From Pelagomonas calceolata (lineage: Eukaryota), in contig CAKKNE010000005.1 in the NCBI GenBank assembly GCA_918797485.1, forward strand, positions 4,588,001 through 4,652,000: 64,000 nucleotides of DNA, read 5' to 3'. The notes below the pieces were generated by a model. That model worked only from the letters and a program-made list of their open reading frames with translations, ran no database searches and had not been told where the DNA came from. Of this stretch, positions 51,111 through 61,685 are shown in pieces (positions within the stretch are counted from its first letter, which is position 1; each line of letters opens with the position of its first letter). The position numbers and the translations under genes are program-made.

Positions 51111-51255
51111 CTGTGAAGCCGTCGTTATCGGTGCTTACTCACTCGCAATTCCAAATCGTCCTTAGTCTTCTTAGGTCATGTATCTACTCGCCCGGCGACC
51201 AGGGGTCGACCGCGGTCGGCGACGCGCGCGGTCCTGTTACTAGCGGCCCGGGCCC

Positions 51256-51543
51256 ATGGCTCACGCCGCGGCCCTCACGAACACGCCGGCTTCGACGGGA
51301 CCGGCCTACGTCAACATGCCCCCTGTCGCTTCGGCGCCGCCGGCGGGACCCGGTTCGTACGTCGTCGACGGCACGCCCGTCGTCCAGGCGACGATCGTGC
51401 AAGCCGCGCCGGTGCAATCGGTGCCCGTGGCTGACCCGCCGCCGACGTATCTGCCGCCGCAGTGGGAGGAGCGGATCGCGCCCGACGGGCGGCCCTACTA
51501 CGTCAACCACCAGACGCAGACGACCCAGTGGCATCCCCCCTGA
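51256..51543 (+). CDS. Small WW-domain protein
   Basis: [30 protein letters not shown]. Confidence 0.75.
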   Translation: MAHAAALTNTPASTGPAYVNMPPVASAPPAGPGSYVVDGTPVVQATIVQAAPVQSVPVADPPPTYLPPQWEERIAPDGRPYYVNHQTQTTQWHPP

Positions 51544-51572
51544 TGGTGGACTCCTCCCCGTGTAGATTAGCT

Positions 51573-51594
51573 CTAGTGTCTTACAGTACGCTAG
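51573..51594. promoter_or_regulatory. CTAG bipartite upstream element
   Basis: CTAGTGTCTTACAGTACGCTAG about 135 bp upstream of 51728. Confidence 0.7.
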
Positions 51595-51727
51595 CATGCC
51601 AGGCAAGGCAAAAGAGGCCAAACAGCCGTGCTTGCGGGCTGGACAGGAGATAGCGTAGTGGCACACATTCGTCCAAGCAGCAGTCCAACTCTCAGACCAC
51701 CATCACTGGCAGCCGGCGCGAGCGCTA

Positions 51728-53579
51728 ATGGGTGACAAGCGCTCGGGCGCCCGGCCGCGCCAGCCGAGCCAGGGCGGCTGCCTCGTCGTCGCAGCGCTCG
51801 TCTTGATGGCCTTCCTCTACGCCAACAACCCGGCAGTGCAGGACGCCGACGACGGCATCGCCCTGCGGCTCGCGCGCGTCGCTGAGCTCGACGTCGAGCT
51901 CCAGGGCCACGCCGCTTTAAGAGATGCGGCCCGCAGCGACGTGGAATTGGCGCGGGCCCAGGCGGAGCACATCGAAGCGCCGCCAGAACCGCCGCCACCA
52001 CCTCGGCAACAACGGCGCGAGGTATTAACCACGAAACCGGAGTCGCAGAAGGACTATAGGGGATACACCTTCTGGTCCTCCGACTTTCATATAAGCCCCA
52101 TCGCCGACTTGAAGGACCTCTTCGCGCCCATGGGCATGCGCATCATCGATGAGTCGTTGTCCGGCCACTGTCACCTGAAGAAGACGTGCTCGCGGAACCT
52201 CAAAGTGATTACTAAACAAAATGGTATCACGCTAGGACAGTGCCCCAACCAGTTGCGGCGCAAGTTCTTCGAGGCCTATGTTAATGATGCTAGAATGAGA
52301 AGTGTCGACGCGTTCTTATGTCATCATGCTGCTGGTTTGTGTGAAGCGTTCATGCCGTTCAACAAGTCGCTGATCGTCGTCGCTTCCACCAGATACGAGA
52401 TCGGCCGGCATGATCCTAGAAGGTGGAAGGCGTGGAACGCGAACCTCAAGGCCATCGCGGCGCATCCCCGCAATGTTGTGGCGGCGAACAACCGCTACGA
52501 CGCGGAGTACGTCAAGTACTTTACTGGTTTAAGTCATGTGCCGGTCCTGCCGAATTATTGTGGGTGGCGGTGTGGGAATCAACTTCCAGGCGCGCTCGTC
52601 GTCCCCGTGACTGCGTCTGCTCGATGACGTCGACGTGACGTTTCGCTGTAACAGCGTCTGCTCGATGGCGTGGAGATACCACGCCATCGGCGCGACGACG
52701 TCCCAGTGATTGTGTCTGCTCGATGGCGTGGAGATTCGACGCCATCGGCGCGGCGTCGTCTGCTAACTCACCGGTTGATTTCCACACGCAGGCGGATATA
52801 CGGGCGTAACCTACAACCCGACGCGACGACAAATACTAATAGGGCCAGGACGAGGCGTCAAGGACCACTTCGTCCAGCAGCTTGATAGCGCGGCAAGAAA
52901 TAAACGATTCCAGGGCCAACAACTCCAATTCAAGCGAATACGGGACCTCTACCCGCACTTCGAATATAGCGATTTAGCAGCCCACCCTTGTATCGTATTG
53001 ATCCCCTACCAAGTTTCATTGATGTCGATTTTCGAATATTACCGCATGGGTATACCGATGTGGGCGCCTTCACCGGAGTTATTGGCGCAGTGGCAGCTGA
53101 AGTACCGCGTCATGAGCGAGCGGACCTGGGATCTAGTCAGGAAGAAGCGGCCCACACGTGGAAGTCCTCTACCGAGAGCGCCCGGTGCTTCCCACAGACA
53201 CGACCCGAACGACGAGTTCGACATAAAGGCAATAGCCTTCTGGATCAAGTACGCGGACTTCTACGAGTGGCCCCACATTTCTACGTTTACTTCGTTCGAC
53301 GATTTGGTACAGCAGCTGACGGCTCCTTCGTTGGATCTGCGCGGCATGTCGCAGAAAGTCATCGCGTACAACGAGGAGATGGTCCGCGACTTGAAGAGCG
53401 AGTGGCGGTCCATCTTCGCGAAGATGTTCCGTGGGCTGCAGCCCGCGGCGTCGGAGCCGCGGGAGCAAAAGCGGAACTACGACGAGGCGCTACTCGCGAA
53501 GTACGGCGCGCGGCAGTCCGACCGGTGCGTCGGTGACGCGTTCGATGGGGCCGCTTCCGATTGGTTGGTTCGTCCTTAA
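51728..53579 (+). CDS. Type II membrane glycosyltransferase-like protein; intron 52560-52791
   Basis: N-terminal TM + stem; SDFHISPI..; IPYQVSLMSIFEYYRMGIPMWAPS; WIKYADFY. Splicing gives NYC|GYTG in frame. Confidence 0.7.
52568..52791. mobile_element. Divergent introner with internal tandem subrepeats
   Basis: Ends CGGTGTGGGAATCAA / TTGATTTCCACACGCAG; GTCTGCTCGATG(G/A)CGT repeated three times. Confidence 0.75.
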
Positions 53580-53741
53580 GTTTTGGGTTTTGTGCTTCCT
53601 GTATCTTTTCCGGTTGCGGTGGCGGCGGCGCGGCCTTGGACGCGCGTCAATCGAGTGTTAAGGGGCGTTGTAGGCGTGTCTGCGCGTCTGTGGCGGGTGA
53701 ATAAGGGTCTCCCACGCAGTTTGAAGCCCTGAATTTTAAAC

Positions 53742-53763
53742 CTAGCGTAATTTAAACCTCTAG
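53742..53763. promoter_or_regulatory. CTAG bipartite upstream element (degenerate core)
   Basis: CTAGCGTAATTTAAACCTCTAG, same 22-bp span, upstream of 53976. Confidence 0.35.
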
Positions 53764-53975
53764 AATTGAGAGCTGACTGAGCATCAAACCGCTATCGCGC
53801 CGTACGCCACCGCTACGCACGCACACGCTACGTGCTCGTTGTCACAGCATCTTGCCACCGGTGGCAGTGACCTCCTAGCTCCGGACGCGCCACCTCGCCT
53901 CCGTTGCCAAGTGCAGCCAGTGCCCGCGTGCAACTGCTACCCGCCAAGACGCCGTCGACGCGCCAGCCAACAACC

Positions 53976-54773
53976 ATGATCAGACGACGAGTCCTCGCCC
54001 TGGCCCTCGTGGCCTTCACCGGGGAAGCGCTCCAGGCGCCGTCCACGGGGAGACTCATCCACCGGCACCTCGAGACGAGCGCCACGTCCAAGGTCCAGAC
54101 GCCGCGCGTCGACCTGTCCAAGCACGTGCAGCCCACGGCCGCCGAGATTTCCGCCGCGTTCGCCGAGACGCTCGTGAAGCAGCATGAAACTAGACTAAAA
54201 ACGGACAAGAAGCATGCGCGCGACCTCCAGCAGGCGCAAGCTGTCACAGATGAGGTCCAGGCGTTGCTCGATGAGACGCGCCAGGCCTTCCAAGAGTCCC
54301 TCGCGAAGACGCACGAGGCGAAACTGGAGATGCAGAAGGAGCATGCTGCTCAGCTCAATGCATTGCAGAGCGAGCTGCGCGAGACGCAAAAGGCGTTCGG
54401 CGACCAGTTAGTGAAGGCCCACGAACAAAAGATCAACCTCATCAACCAGCACTCCGTCGAATTAAGACAAGCCGACGCGCGCACGGACGCCGTACGGGAG
54501 GAGATGCAGGAGGTCCAGGCGGCCTTCACGGACTACATGGCCCGGAAGCAGAACGAACTGATGGAGCGCACCACGTCTTTACAGAAGGACGTCGATTCTG
54601 CTAGATCGGAGGCCGAGGCGAAGCAGGGCGAACTTGATCAGATCCAGGAGGCCTTCAACGAGCACACCCAACAAACCGACGACCTGATCGAAGCGCAAGG
54701 TGACGAACTGCGGAAAGCGCGCGAGACGCTCCAGGCCGTCGGGGCGTCTGCCATTGCGGCGCTGAAGGAGTAA
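53976..54773 (+). CDS. Coiled-coil protein with signal/transit peptide
   Basis: MIRRRVLALALVAFTGEAL; heptad-rich E/Q/K sequence with repeated (E)TQxAF motif. Confidence 0.7.
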   Translation: MIRRRVLALALVAFTGEALQAPSTGRLIHRHLETSATSKVQTPRVDLSKHVQPTAAEISAAFAETLVKQHETRLKTDKKHARDLQQAQAVTDEVQALLDETRQAFQESLAKTHEAKLEMQKEHAAQLNALQSELRETQKAFGDQLVKAHEQKINLINQHSVELRQADARTDAVREEMQEVQAAFTDYMARKQNELMERTTSLQKDVDSARSEAEAKQGELDQIQEAFNEHTQQTDDLIEAQGDELRKARETLQAVGASAIAALKE

Positions 54774-54998
54774 AAATACAAGGAAATTACTATAGACAAC
54801 TAGTCGCATCGATGGCGTACCTGCGAGGGCCGCGCCGATCGGAGAAGCGCACGCTATCGACGCGACGTGCAACGACGACGAGGTGGGCGTTCTCAGGGGT
54901 AGTGACAGGTTTTGTCGACAGGCGTGGATTCGGTTTTTCAGTATGAATAGACATCAACGAACGGTGTGACGAGAAAACGAGGACGCCGCGGCGCGCGG

Positions 54999-55801
54999 CT
55001 ATTGGGGCGGCTGCTGGACGAAGACGGGGCCGGCCTGGTGGTGGACCATGTACCACCGCCCGTCCCTTCTTTCAAACACGTTGATGGCCTCGAGCGCCGA
55101 CGGCTCGCCCTCGGGCGCCTCGTTGCACGTGACCCAGGCCGCCGAGCCGCGCAGGACCTGCGTGGAAATCAAAATTTTACGGCTTGTTCGTGCTGAATCA
55201 TCGCACCGTCCTCCACGCCATCGACGCGACGCCTGCTCGATGGCAATGCCGGTTCCTCGCCGCTCGAGCGAGCCAAGACGGCCGCGTCATCGCCGAGAAA
55301 TGACTTAGTGAAGAATTGTCGGGTGCACCCGACGCACTGGTTGATTTCCACACAGCACAGGACCACGCGCTGCCGCTGTGCCTCGAGCTTCGGCATGCCG
55401 CCGGCGCTCGAGAAGAGCGCGCGCCAGCTGTTCAAGACCAAATCGGCGCCCGAAATCAGCGGGTGGCCCGGATGTACACACGTGACGTCGTCGCTGTCGC
55501 TCCAGACCGCCTTCATCTTCGCGACGTCGCAAGACTGGAAGGCGTCGTAGAAGGCCGCGTTCGCGCTCAGCACGGACATCTCGGCCGACATCCGCGACAT
55601 CCCGAGCTTCTCGGCCAGTTCTTTTTGCTCGTTGGGCTCGGTGGACGCGGCGATGGCGTTTTCCAGGCGCTCGACTTCTAGCACGGGATCGGTTTGTTCA
55701 CTGCTGCGCCGTCGCGTGCGTGGTGAGGGCCTGGGGTGGGCGTACTGAAGGGCGCTCGCTGCGGCCGCGTAGTAGCAGAGAAGGATGCGTCGGCGGTGCA
55801 T
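54999..55801 (-). CDS. SnoaL/NTF2-like domain protein, probably plastid-targeted; intron 55158-55363
   Basis: VLSANAAFYDAF..MKAVW..CVHPG..; after splicing AWVTCNE..AINVFERRDGRWYMVHHQAGP. Confidence 0.82.
55158..55355. mobile_element. Introner element (intron 55158-55363)
   Basis: TIRs CTGCGTGGAAATCAA / TTGATTTCCACACAG; TSD CGCAGGAC / CACAGGAC; closely similar to 44406-44608. Confidence 0.92.
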
Positions 55802-55889
55802 GGCTGTAATATGAGATTCGCACGAGTTCTAAGCTGCCATACACAGCGCTACAGTGCTGCCTGTGCTTCAGCCTGCTTGCTAGGGATGC

Positions 55890-55910
55890 CTAGTGTCTAA
55901 CAGACGCTAG
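55890..55910. promoter_or_regulatory. CTAG bipartite upstream element
   Basis: CTAGTGTCTAACAGACGCTAG between divergent genes. Confidence 0.65.
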
Positions 55911-56269
55911 CTCGCGAACGTGTCATTGGGTTTTCGTGCGCCCAAAGGCCGTCCCACTCCATCCTTCGAGTCCGTAGAAGGGTGGGCCTGTTGCGAATCG
56001 AGCATGTCTGGAAATTACTTTAGCTCTCATTTGGCTTTGCGCTGTGTCGCTGGATATCGATCACAGTCGTGGCCGCGTCTATCGTACGGGACCCTCGCAC
56101 GATCGTTATCATCATCGTTCGTCGAGAAACGGGAGAGAAGGGCGCAAAATCGCTCTGCCAGCTTATCTAGAACCAGAGAGTACTTAAGCGGTCACGAACG
56201 CGTAGCTGCGTACGCGGAGAAACGCTCAAAACAAGGTATCCTAACGCGCGGCGCGACGCAGGTCAAACA

Positions 56270-56821
56270 ATGCAGACGGTCAGCAAAGCGTACGGCGCCG
56301 CCGACGCCGAAGCGCAGACCGCCGCGGCTCCGGAGGCGAAGCCCCTGAGGCTCGGCCGGGCGACCGTCGCCGCGATTTGCCTCGCGGCCGCGCTCAGCGG
56401 CGCCGCGGTCGCGTCCGTCGCGCGCGTGCGGACGCGCACCTACGTCGCGGACCTCGCCGGCGTCAGCTACACCATGGGAGCATCGGAGCTGTGCGGCGAC
56501 CTCGGCAAATGCGAGGAACCCACGAAATGCTACCAAAAACTCAAGGACAACGGCGAGACGAAGTACAAGTGCGCCGAAGGGTCCCCGGGGAACAAGTGGA
56601 CCATCGTCGAAAGCGCAAGAAGCAAGAAGAAGCCGGGCCCCGATTCCCTCAGCGGCGGGGGCGACAAGCCCGACAAGATCATGTGCGCGATGGTGCACCG
56701 CCCGGTGTGCGACACCGAGGGCAACTGGCACACGAACGCCTGCGTGGCCGAGCACCAAAAGTTCAAGACGATTTCGAGCGAGCACGTCTTCGACAACGGC
56801 AAGTGCGTGAAGCGGCGGTGA
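56270..56821 (+). CDS. Type II membrane protein with Kazal-like domain
   Basis: TM segment, then Cys-rich region and CAMVHRPVCDTEGNWHTNAC. Confidence 0.65.
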   Translation: MQTVSKAYGAADAEAQTAAAPEAKPLRLGRATVAAICLAAALSGAAVASVARVRTRTYVADLAGVSYTMGASELCGDLGKCEEPTKCYQKLKDNGETKYKCAEGSPGNKWTIVESARSKKKPGPDSLSGGGDKPDKIMCAMVHRPVCDTEGNWHTNACVAEHQKFKTISSEHVFDNGKCVKRR

Positions 56822-57003
56822 GCAGTGGACGCCGTCACGCCGATTCATCGAGTAGCCCGCCGCGCGACGCGCTCACGGCTCCTCCTCTCCCCACACCTCC
56901 GTATCGCCTCCTCCCTCTTGATTCCTCCCGCCGCGTATATGTGAGTTTTACGAGGTATCCTATGTAGTCGACGTTTACGGTGCTAGGACGAGGTATCCCG
57001 TAG

Positions 57004-57023
57004 CTAGCGCTGTAAGGCACTAG
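57004..57023. promoter_or_regulatory. CTAG bipartite upstream element
   Basis: CTAGCGCTGTAAGGCACTAG about 125 bp upstream of the cysteine synthase. Confidence 0.6.
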
Positions 57024-57148
57024 CAAACAAGCAAGCGCGAGTGCCGGCGTTTGACAAAGCTAGGCAAGGTCTCGACGAGGAATTCGTTCGTTGTAATACT
57101 GTGATCTCTGCGCGGCGTGCAGCGGCGCAGCAAGACTCCTATCGACCA

Positions 57149-58330
57149 ATGCGCACCACCATGACTGCAGCTCTCGCTGCGATCACTGCTGCTGTAGCAA
57201 TAGCGCTGCGACGACGCCGTCGCCGCAAGGAAGAACAAGACGACTGGACCGCCTGCGGCGGCGCCCAGCTCGTGGGCTCAACACCGCTGATAAAACTGCA
57301 ATCTTTAAGCAAACTCTGCGGCTGCGACGTTTACGCAAAGTGCGAACATTTAAATCCGAACGGCACGGGAAAAGATAGATTAGCCTTGGCCATGATCTTG
57401 AATGCCGAGGCCGACGGTTCACTACCAAAGGGCGGCGGCGGCTACGTCGTCGAGGGCTCGTCCGGCTCAACAACTTTAGCGCTCGCGCCGCTCGTCGCGG
57501 CCGCCGGACATAAGTTGGTGGCGGTGATCCCCGACGACTGCGCCGCCGAGAAGCGCGATGCTATACGAGCGTGCCCCGGCGTCGACGTGCACGTCGTCCA
57601 GAGTGCCGCTATTTCTTCTCCAACGCACTACGTGAACGTGGCTAGAAAACTCGCGAAGGATCTCAACGAAAAGGGCAAAACCGCGATCTTCGCGGACCAG
57701 TTCGACAATTTGTGCAACTGGCGCACGCACCTCCACACCGCTCACGAAATCCGCAATCAGGTCGGCCGCGTCGACGCGTTTGTCATGGGGGCCGGGACGG
57801 GCGGCACGCTCGCGGGCTGCTCGAAGGTCTTCGACGAAGCGCGCATCTACCTCGCGGACCCGCAGGGCTCGGCCTTGCACTCAAAAGTGCGGCACGGCGT
57901 GTGCTACAACGTCAAACAGGCAGAAAGATCTGTAAGACGCCACCGCTACGACACGATCGCCGACGGCATTGGGTTAGATCGGGTCACGGCGAACTTTCGG
58001 GAGGCGCGCGTCGACGACGCCATTCGCGTTGCTGATCAGGACGCGCTGGTCATGGCGCACTACTTGTTACGGTTCGAGGGCCTGTTCCTCGGCTCGTCGT
58101 CTGCTTTAAATTGCGTCGCGGCGCTGCGGGCGGGCGCCGAGCTGCGGCGGTCCTCATCGGATCGGTTGACGGTCGTGACGGTGCTCTGCGACGGCGGCGC
58201 GCGCTACCTGTCGCGCTTCTGGAATAGGGAATTTGTCGAGAAGCGGGGATTGAGTTGGCCGCCGGAGGATTCGGGGGCGCTCGCGGGTTTGGTGGAGCGG
58301 CTCGTGAAGCGAGAGGAGGTTGTCCTGTAA
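57149..58330 (+). CDS. Cysteine synthase-like PLP enzyme
   Basis: GSTPLIKL, KCEHLNPNGTGKDR (PLP Lys), DQFDN, GAGTGGT, EGLFLGSSS, LCDGGARYLS. Confidence 0.88.
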   Translation: MRTTMTAALAAITAAVAIALRRRRRRKEEQDDWTACGGAQLVGSTPLIKLQSLSKLCGCDVYAKCEHLNPNGTGKDRLALAMILNAEADGSLPKGGGGYVVEGSSGSTTLALAPLVAAAGHKLVAVIPDDCAAEKRDAIRACPGVDVHVVQSAAISSPTHYVNVARKLAKDLNEKGKTAIFADQFDNLCNWRTHLHTAHEIRNQVGRVDAFVMGAGTGGTLAGCSKVFDEARIYLADPQGSALHSKVRHGVCYNVKQAERSVRRHRYDTIADGIGLDRVTANFREARVDDAIRVADQDALVMAHYLLRFEGLFLGSSSALNCVAALRAGAELRRSSSDRLTVVTVLCDGGARYLSRFWNREFVEKRGLSWPPEDSGALAGLVERLVKREEVVL

Positions 58331-58405
58331 GTTCATTGTTATGTACATAAACTAGTGCGCAGCGGCTGCCGCCCGCCGTGTGCGGGGCGGCGCCAGCGTG
58401 CGCGC

Positions 58406-58807
58406 TCATCTGTATTCCCAGCCGACGCGGCCGACGTCCGCCCCTACCAGCTCGAGCTCCTCGGCCGGCGTCATGGGTTCAGCGTCGAACGCGGTGTGCA
58501 CGCGACCGTGCGGTAGCATCACCGCGGGATCGAGCAGGCGCCGCGCGAGCGCCCGGAGGAACGTGACGTGCGGACCGTCGCCCGCGCGGGCCTCGGGCGT
58601 CATCGCGAGCGCCTCGTTGAAGATGTGGCGGCGGCGCTGGGCCGGCGTCAGTACCAATTTGTCGTGTACGATGGAGGCGCGCGCCGCTGTTGTGGTGGAA
58701 CGCCGTGCAGCAGCGAGGGCAGCGCCTTCCTGGGGGCGCGCCACGGTCGTGGCGGTGCGCGCCGCGGCGCCGCGGCGCGCGGCAGCCCGAATATAGGTTT
58801 GCAGCAT
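58406..58807 (-). CDS. Hypothetical protein with mitochondrial-type presequence
   Basis: Arg/Ala-rich N-terminus; no recognised domain. Confidence 0.45.
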   Translation of the reverse strand: MLQTYIRAAARRGAAARTATTVARPQEGAALAAARRSTTTAARASIVHDKLVLTPAQRRRHIFNEALAMTPEARAGDGPHVTFLRALARRLLDPAVMLPHGRVHTAFDAEPMTPAEELELVGADVGRVGWEYR

Positions 58808-59138
58808 GGCTTTACGCTGTTCTGCCCCTTGGCTTTTAGCTGTTCCGCCTCTCTGGCCAAAAGTAAACGTGCTCTCGAGCGCTGTGGGTACTGAGCATGC
58901 TGGCCGCAAGCAATAGCAGGGAGGTCTCATAGGCTCGCCGGAGGAGCGATGGCTGCCCCAGAGCTCCCTCCCAAATCGATGAAAACCCGTAGCTCTCAGA
59001 GCTCATTGTTGCTGCCCCGTCCTCGATCGCTGGGGCAAGGAGGAGTGCCACGCAGTGCTGTCGAAGCACTAATTTGTCTCTCGCTTGCAGCCACCGCAGA
59101 AAACGCGCTCGACATCGACTGCAAAACAACTGCAAACG

Positions 59139-60332
59139 ATGCGCACCCTCTCCGCGATCACCCTGCTCACAGCGGCGCAAGCGCTCCGCCCGCTCGCACC
59201 ACTCAGAAAACTCGGCAACAAGCTGCGCAAAACGCCGGTCGTGCAGGCCGCACCTAGCGGAGCCTCCTTAAAACCGTACCTCTCTCAATTAATAGAGGGC
59301 GAAGATCTCGCCAAGGACGACGCCAAGGGCTTGTTCGGGGCGTTCTTGGATGGCAGCGCCTCGCCGGAGCAGGTCGCCGCCGTCCTGTGTTGCCTGAGGC
59401 AGAAGGGCGAGACCCCGGACGAGATCGCCGGCGCGGCCGAGGCCATGCGCGCGGCCTGCGTGCCCGTCAAGACGTCTGGTACGTTATTAGATATCGTCGG
59501 CACGGGCGGCGACGGCGCCTGCACCATCAACCTGTCTACTTGTTCTGCGATATTAGCTGCCGCTTGTGGTGCCAAGGTGACAAAGTGTGGAAATAGATCA
59601 GTGTCCTCGGCCTGCGGCGCCGCGGACGTGCTCGAAGCTCTCGGACTAGACTTAGAATTGGATCTCGACGACGTCACGAAGTGCATCGACGACGTCGGCC
59701 TCGGGTTCCTTTTCGCGCCGAAGAACCACCCGTCCATGCGCTTCGTGGCGCCCGTGCGGAAAGCGCTTGGGGTGCGAACGGCCTTCAACCTCCTGGGGCC
59801 CCTGACGAACGCCGCCGGCGCTCAAAGAGTGGTCATTGGCGTCTTCGACGAGAGGCTCGTCGATTTGTTGGCGGGCGCGTTGGAGCGCATCGGGGTGGTG
59901 GAGCACGCTGTGGTGATTCACGGCGTCGGTTTAGATGAACTGTCTCCCCTCGGACCGTGCACCGTGCGCGAGCTCAAGAAAACCAGTTCAGGATACGACT
60001 CCAAGACGTGGACGCTAGAACCTCTAGATTACGGCTTGCCGCGGTGTACGCTGCCCGACTTGGTCGGGGGCGGCCCGGAATTCAACCGGAACGCGTTGAG
60101 GCGGTGCCTCGCGGCAGATCCCTCGTCCATTCCGCTGGGCGAGGAGACGACCCTCAAGGACGACGCGTGCCGCGACGCCATCGCGCTGAACGCCGGCATG
60201 GGCCTGTACGTGGCTGGTGTTTCTGAGAGTGTCGCTGCGGGCGTGGAAAAGGCGAAGGAGGGCCTCGCGTCGGGCGCGGGTTTACAAAAGCTCGACGCGT
60301 GGATCGCCGCGACGAAGGCGCTGGGGAAGTAA
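59139..60332 (+). CDS. trpD: Anthranilate phosphoribosyltransferase, plastid-targeted
   Basis: DIVGTGGDG..INLST, KCGNRSVSSACGAAD, FLFAP..HP, RTAFNLLGPLTN, GLDE. Confidence 0.93.
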   Translation: MRTLSAITLLTAAQALRPLAPLRKLGNKLRKTPVVQAAPSGASLKPYLSQLIEGEDLAKDDAKGLFGAFLDGSASPEQVAAVLCCLRQKGETPDEIAGAAEAMRAACVPVKTSGTLLDIVGTGGDGACTINLSTCSAILAAACGAKVTKCGNRSVSSACGAADVLEALGLDLELDLDDVTKCIDDVGLGFLFAPKNHPSMRFVAPVRKALGVRTAFNLLGPLTNAAGAQRVVIGVFDERLVDLLAGALERIGVVEHAVVIHGVGLDELSPLGPCTVRELKKTSSGYDSKTWTLEPLDYGLPRCTLPDLVGGGPEFNRNALRRCLAADPSSIPLGEETTLKDDACRDAIALNAGMGLYVAGVSESVAAGVEKAKEGLASGAGLQKLDAWIAATKALGK

Positions 60333-60418
60333 GGTTCCTCTGCTTAGAGCTAGGCCGCCTAGCCGCGGAGTTCTACAACACAACAATTAGGTCGTCTGGC
60401 GTCTGCTCGACGACGTCT

Positions 60419-61582
60419 TCAGAGGTCGGGCCCCGCCTCTGGGTCGCGCACGCGGAACGTCTGGCGCCTCGCTGCGCCTATCTGATAGGTGGCGAAGGCC
60501 TCTTCATGTCTATGAAGTTTCGCGGCGAACTCGTGGCCGCGGTAGGTCGAGATTTCGACGCTTGCGCCCGGTGCGGCGGAGCCAACCTCGACGTCGCCGT
60601 CGGGGCCCTTCCAGAGGAGCACCACGTTCTCGTCGCCGTCGTTCGCGAACACAGCCTGGACATCATCGCTCTGATCCAGCGTGCCGTCGAGCGCGTCGAT
60701 GGCCTCGAGGGCGGCCGCGTCTAGACCGACCGTCAACACGCCGCCGTCGTAGAGCCGCGCGTTCGCCGCGATCCGTTCGTTGGAGAACGACCGCGGAATC
60801 ACCACGGCGTTCCGCAGCAGCGCCCACGATAAAGCGACGCGCGCCGGGTCGCCGAACTCCCGCAGCTTTGATGAACTGAGGACCGGGTTGGCGCGCCCCT
60901 GCATGGACCACTGCGTCCCCAGCGTCGAGTAGGCCATGAAGCGGATATTATGTTTTTCGCAGGTCTTTCGCAACTCGACAGAGGCGTGGAACGGGTCCAT
61001 CCACGCCTGGACGACGTGCGGCTTGATGCGCGCGAACTTCACTAACTCGTCAACCTCGCGCGGCCCCACATTCGACACGCCGATGGCCTTTACTAAACCT
61101 TCGTCGTACGCAGCCTCCATCGCGCGCCACGAGTCGCGCCAGTCGCCCTCTACCGTATTTCGCCAATTTTTACCACAGAGCCCGTCCCAGCACGCCAGGT
61201 AGTGCTGCAGGAAGACGTCGACGTACCCGCCGAAGCGCTGTGCGCTTTCGTCGATTAATCTACGCGCCGTCGTCGCGCCGTGGTTCTTCGGGTGGAGCTT
61301 CGTAACTACTGTCACATCGTCCCGGGAGACGCCAGAGGCTCTAAGACCGTCCGCGGCGGCCGCCTCGTCGTACCACTCGTCGGCCTGGGCCGTGTCGATG
61401 AGCCGCACGCCCTCGCGCAATGCTCGTTCGACGTATCTTGCGGAGGCTTTGCCGGCGCAGCCGTAGCCGACCCTTGGCATTACTACTCCGTTCGATAGCT
61501 TTATCGTTGGGCTCGCGCGCGGGTCGTCCTCCTGCTGCAGCGCCGCCTGGGTGGTCATGAAAATCAGCCAGAGGTTGCGCAT
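60419..61582 (-). CDS. Aldo/keto reductase with C-terminal VHL-beta-like domain and signal peptide
   Basis: LSNGVVMP, IDTA..Y, VTKL, LQH, KAIGVSN, AYSTLG, VIPRS; C-terminal F.N...LLW...G...STY.GHEF. Confidence 0.82.
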   Translation of the reverse strand: MRNLWLIFMTTQAALQQEDDPRASPTIKLSNGVVMPRVGYGCAGKASARYVERALREGVRLIDTAQADEWYDEAAAADGLRASGVSRDDVTVVTKLHPKNHGATTARRLIDESAQRFGGYVDVFLQHYLACWDGLCGKNWRNTVEGDWRDSWRAMEAAYDEGLVKAIGVSNVGPREVDELVKFARIKPHVVQAWMDPFHASVELRKTCEKHNIRFMAYSTLGTQWSMQGRANPVLSSSKLREFGDPARVALSWALLRNAVVIPRSFSNERIAANARLYDGGVLTVGLDAAALEAIDALDGTLDQSDDVQAVFANDGDENVVLLWKGPDGDVEVGSAAPGASVEISTYRGHEFAAKLHRHEEAFATYQIGAARRQTFRVRDPEAGPDL

Positions 61583-61685
61583 GGATGCGCAGCCTGTTGT
61601 AGGCGTTAGTAGTGCTGCGGGAGCGTGTGAAACGCGGGTAATGAGCCTTGTCGACGGCGTTGTGGCTGCGTTTGGGTATCGAGGG

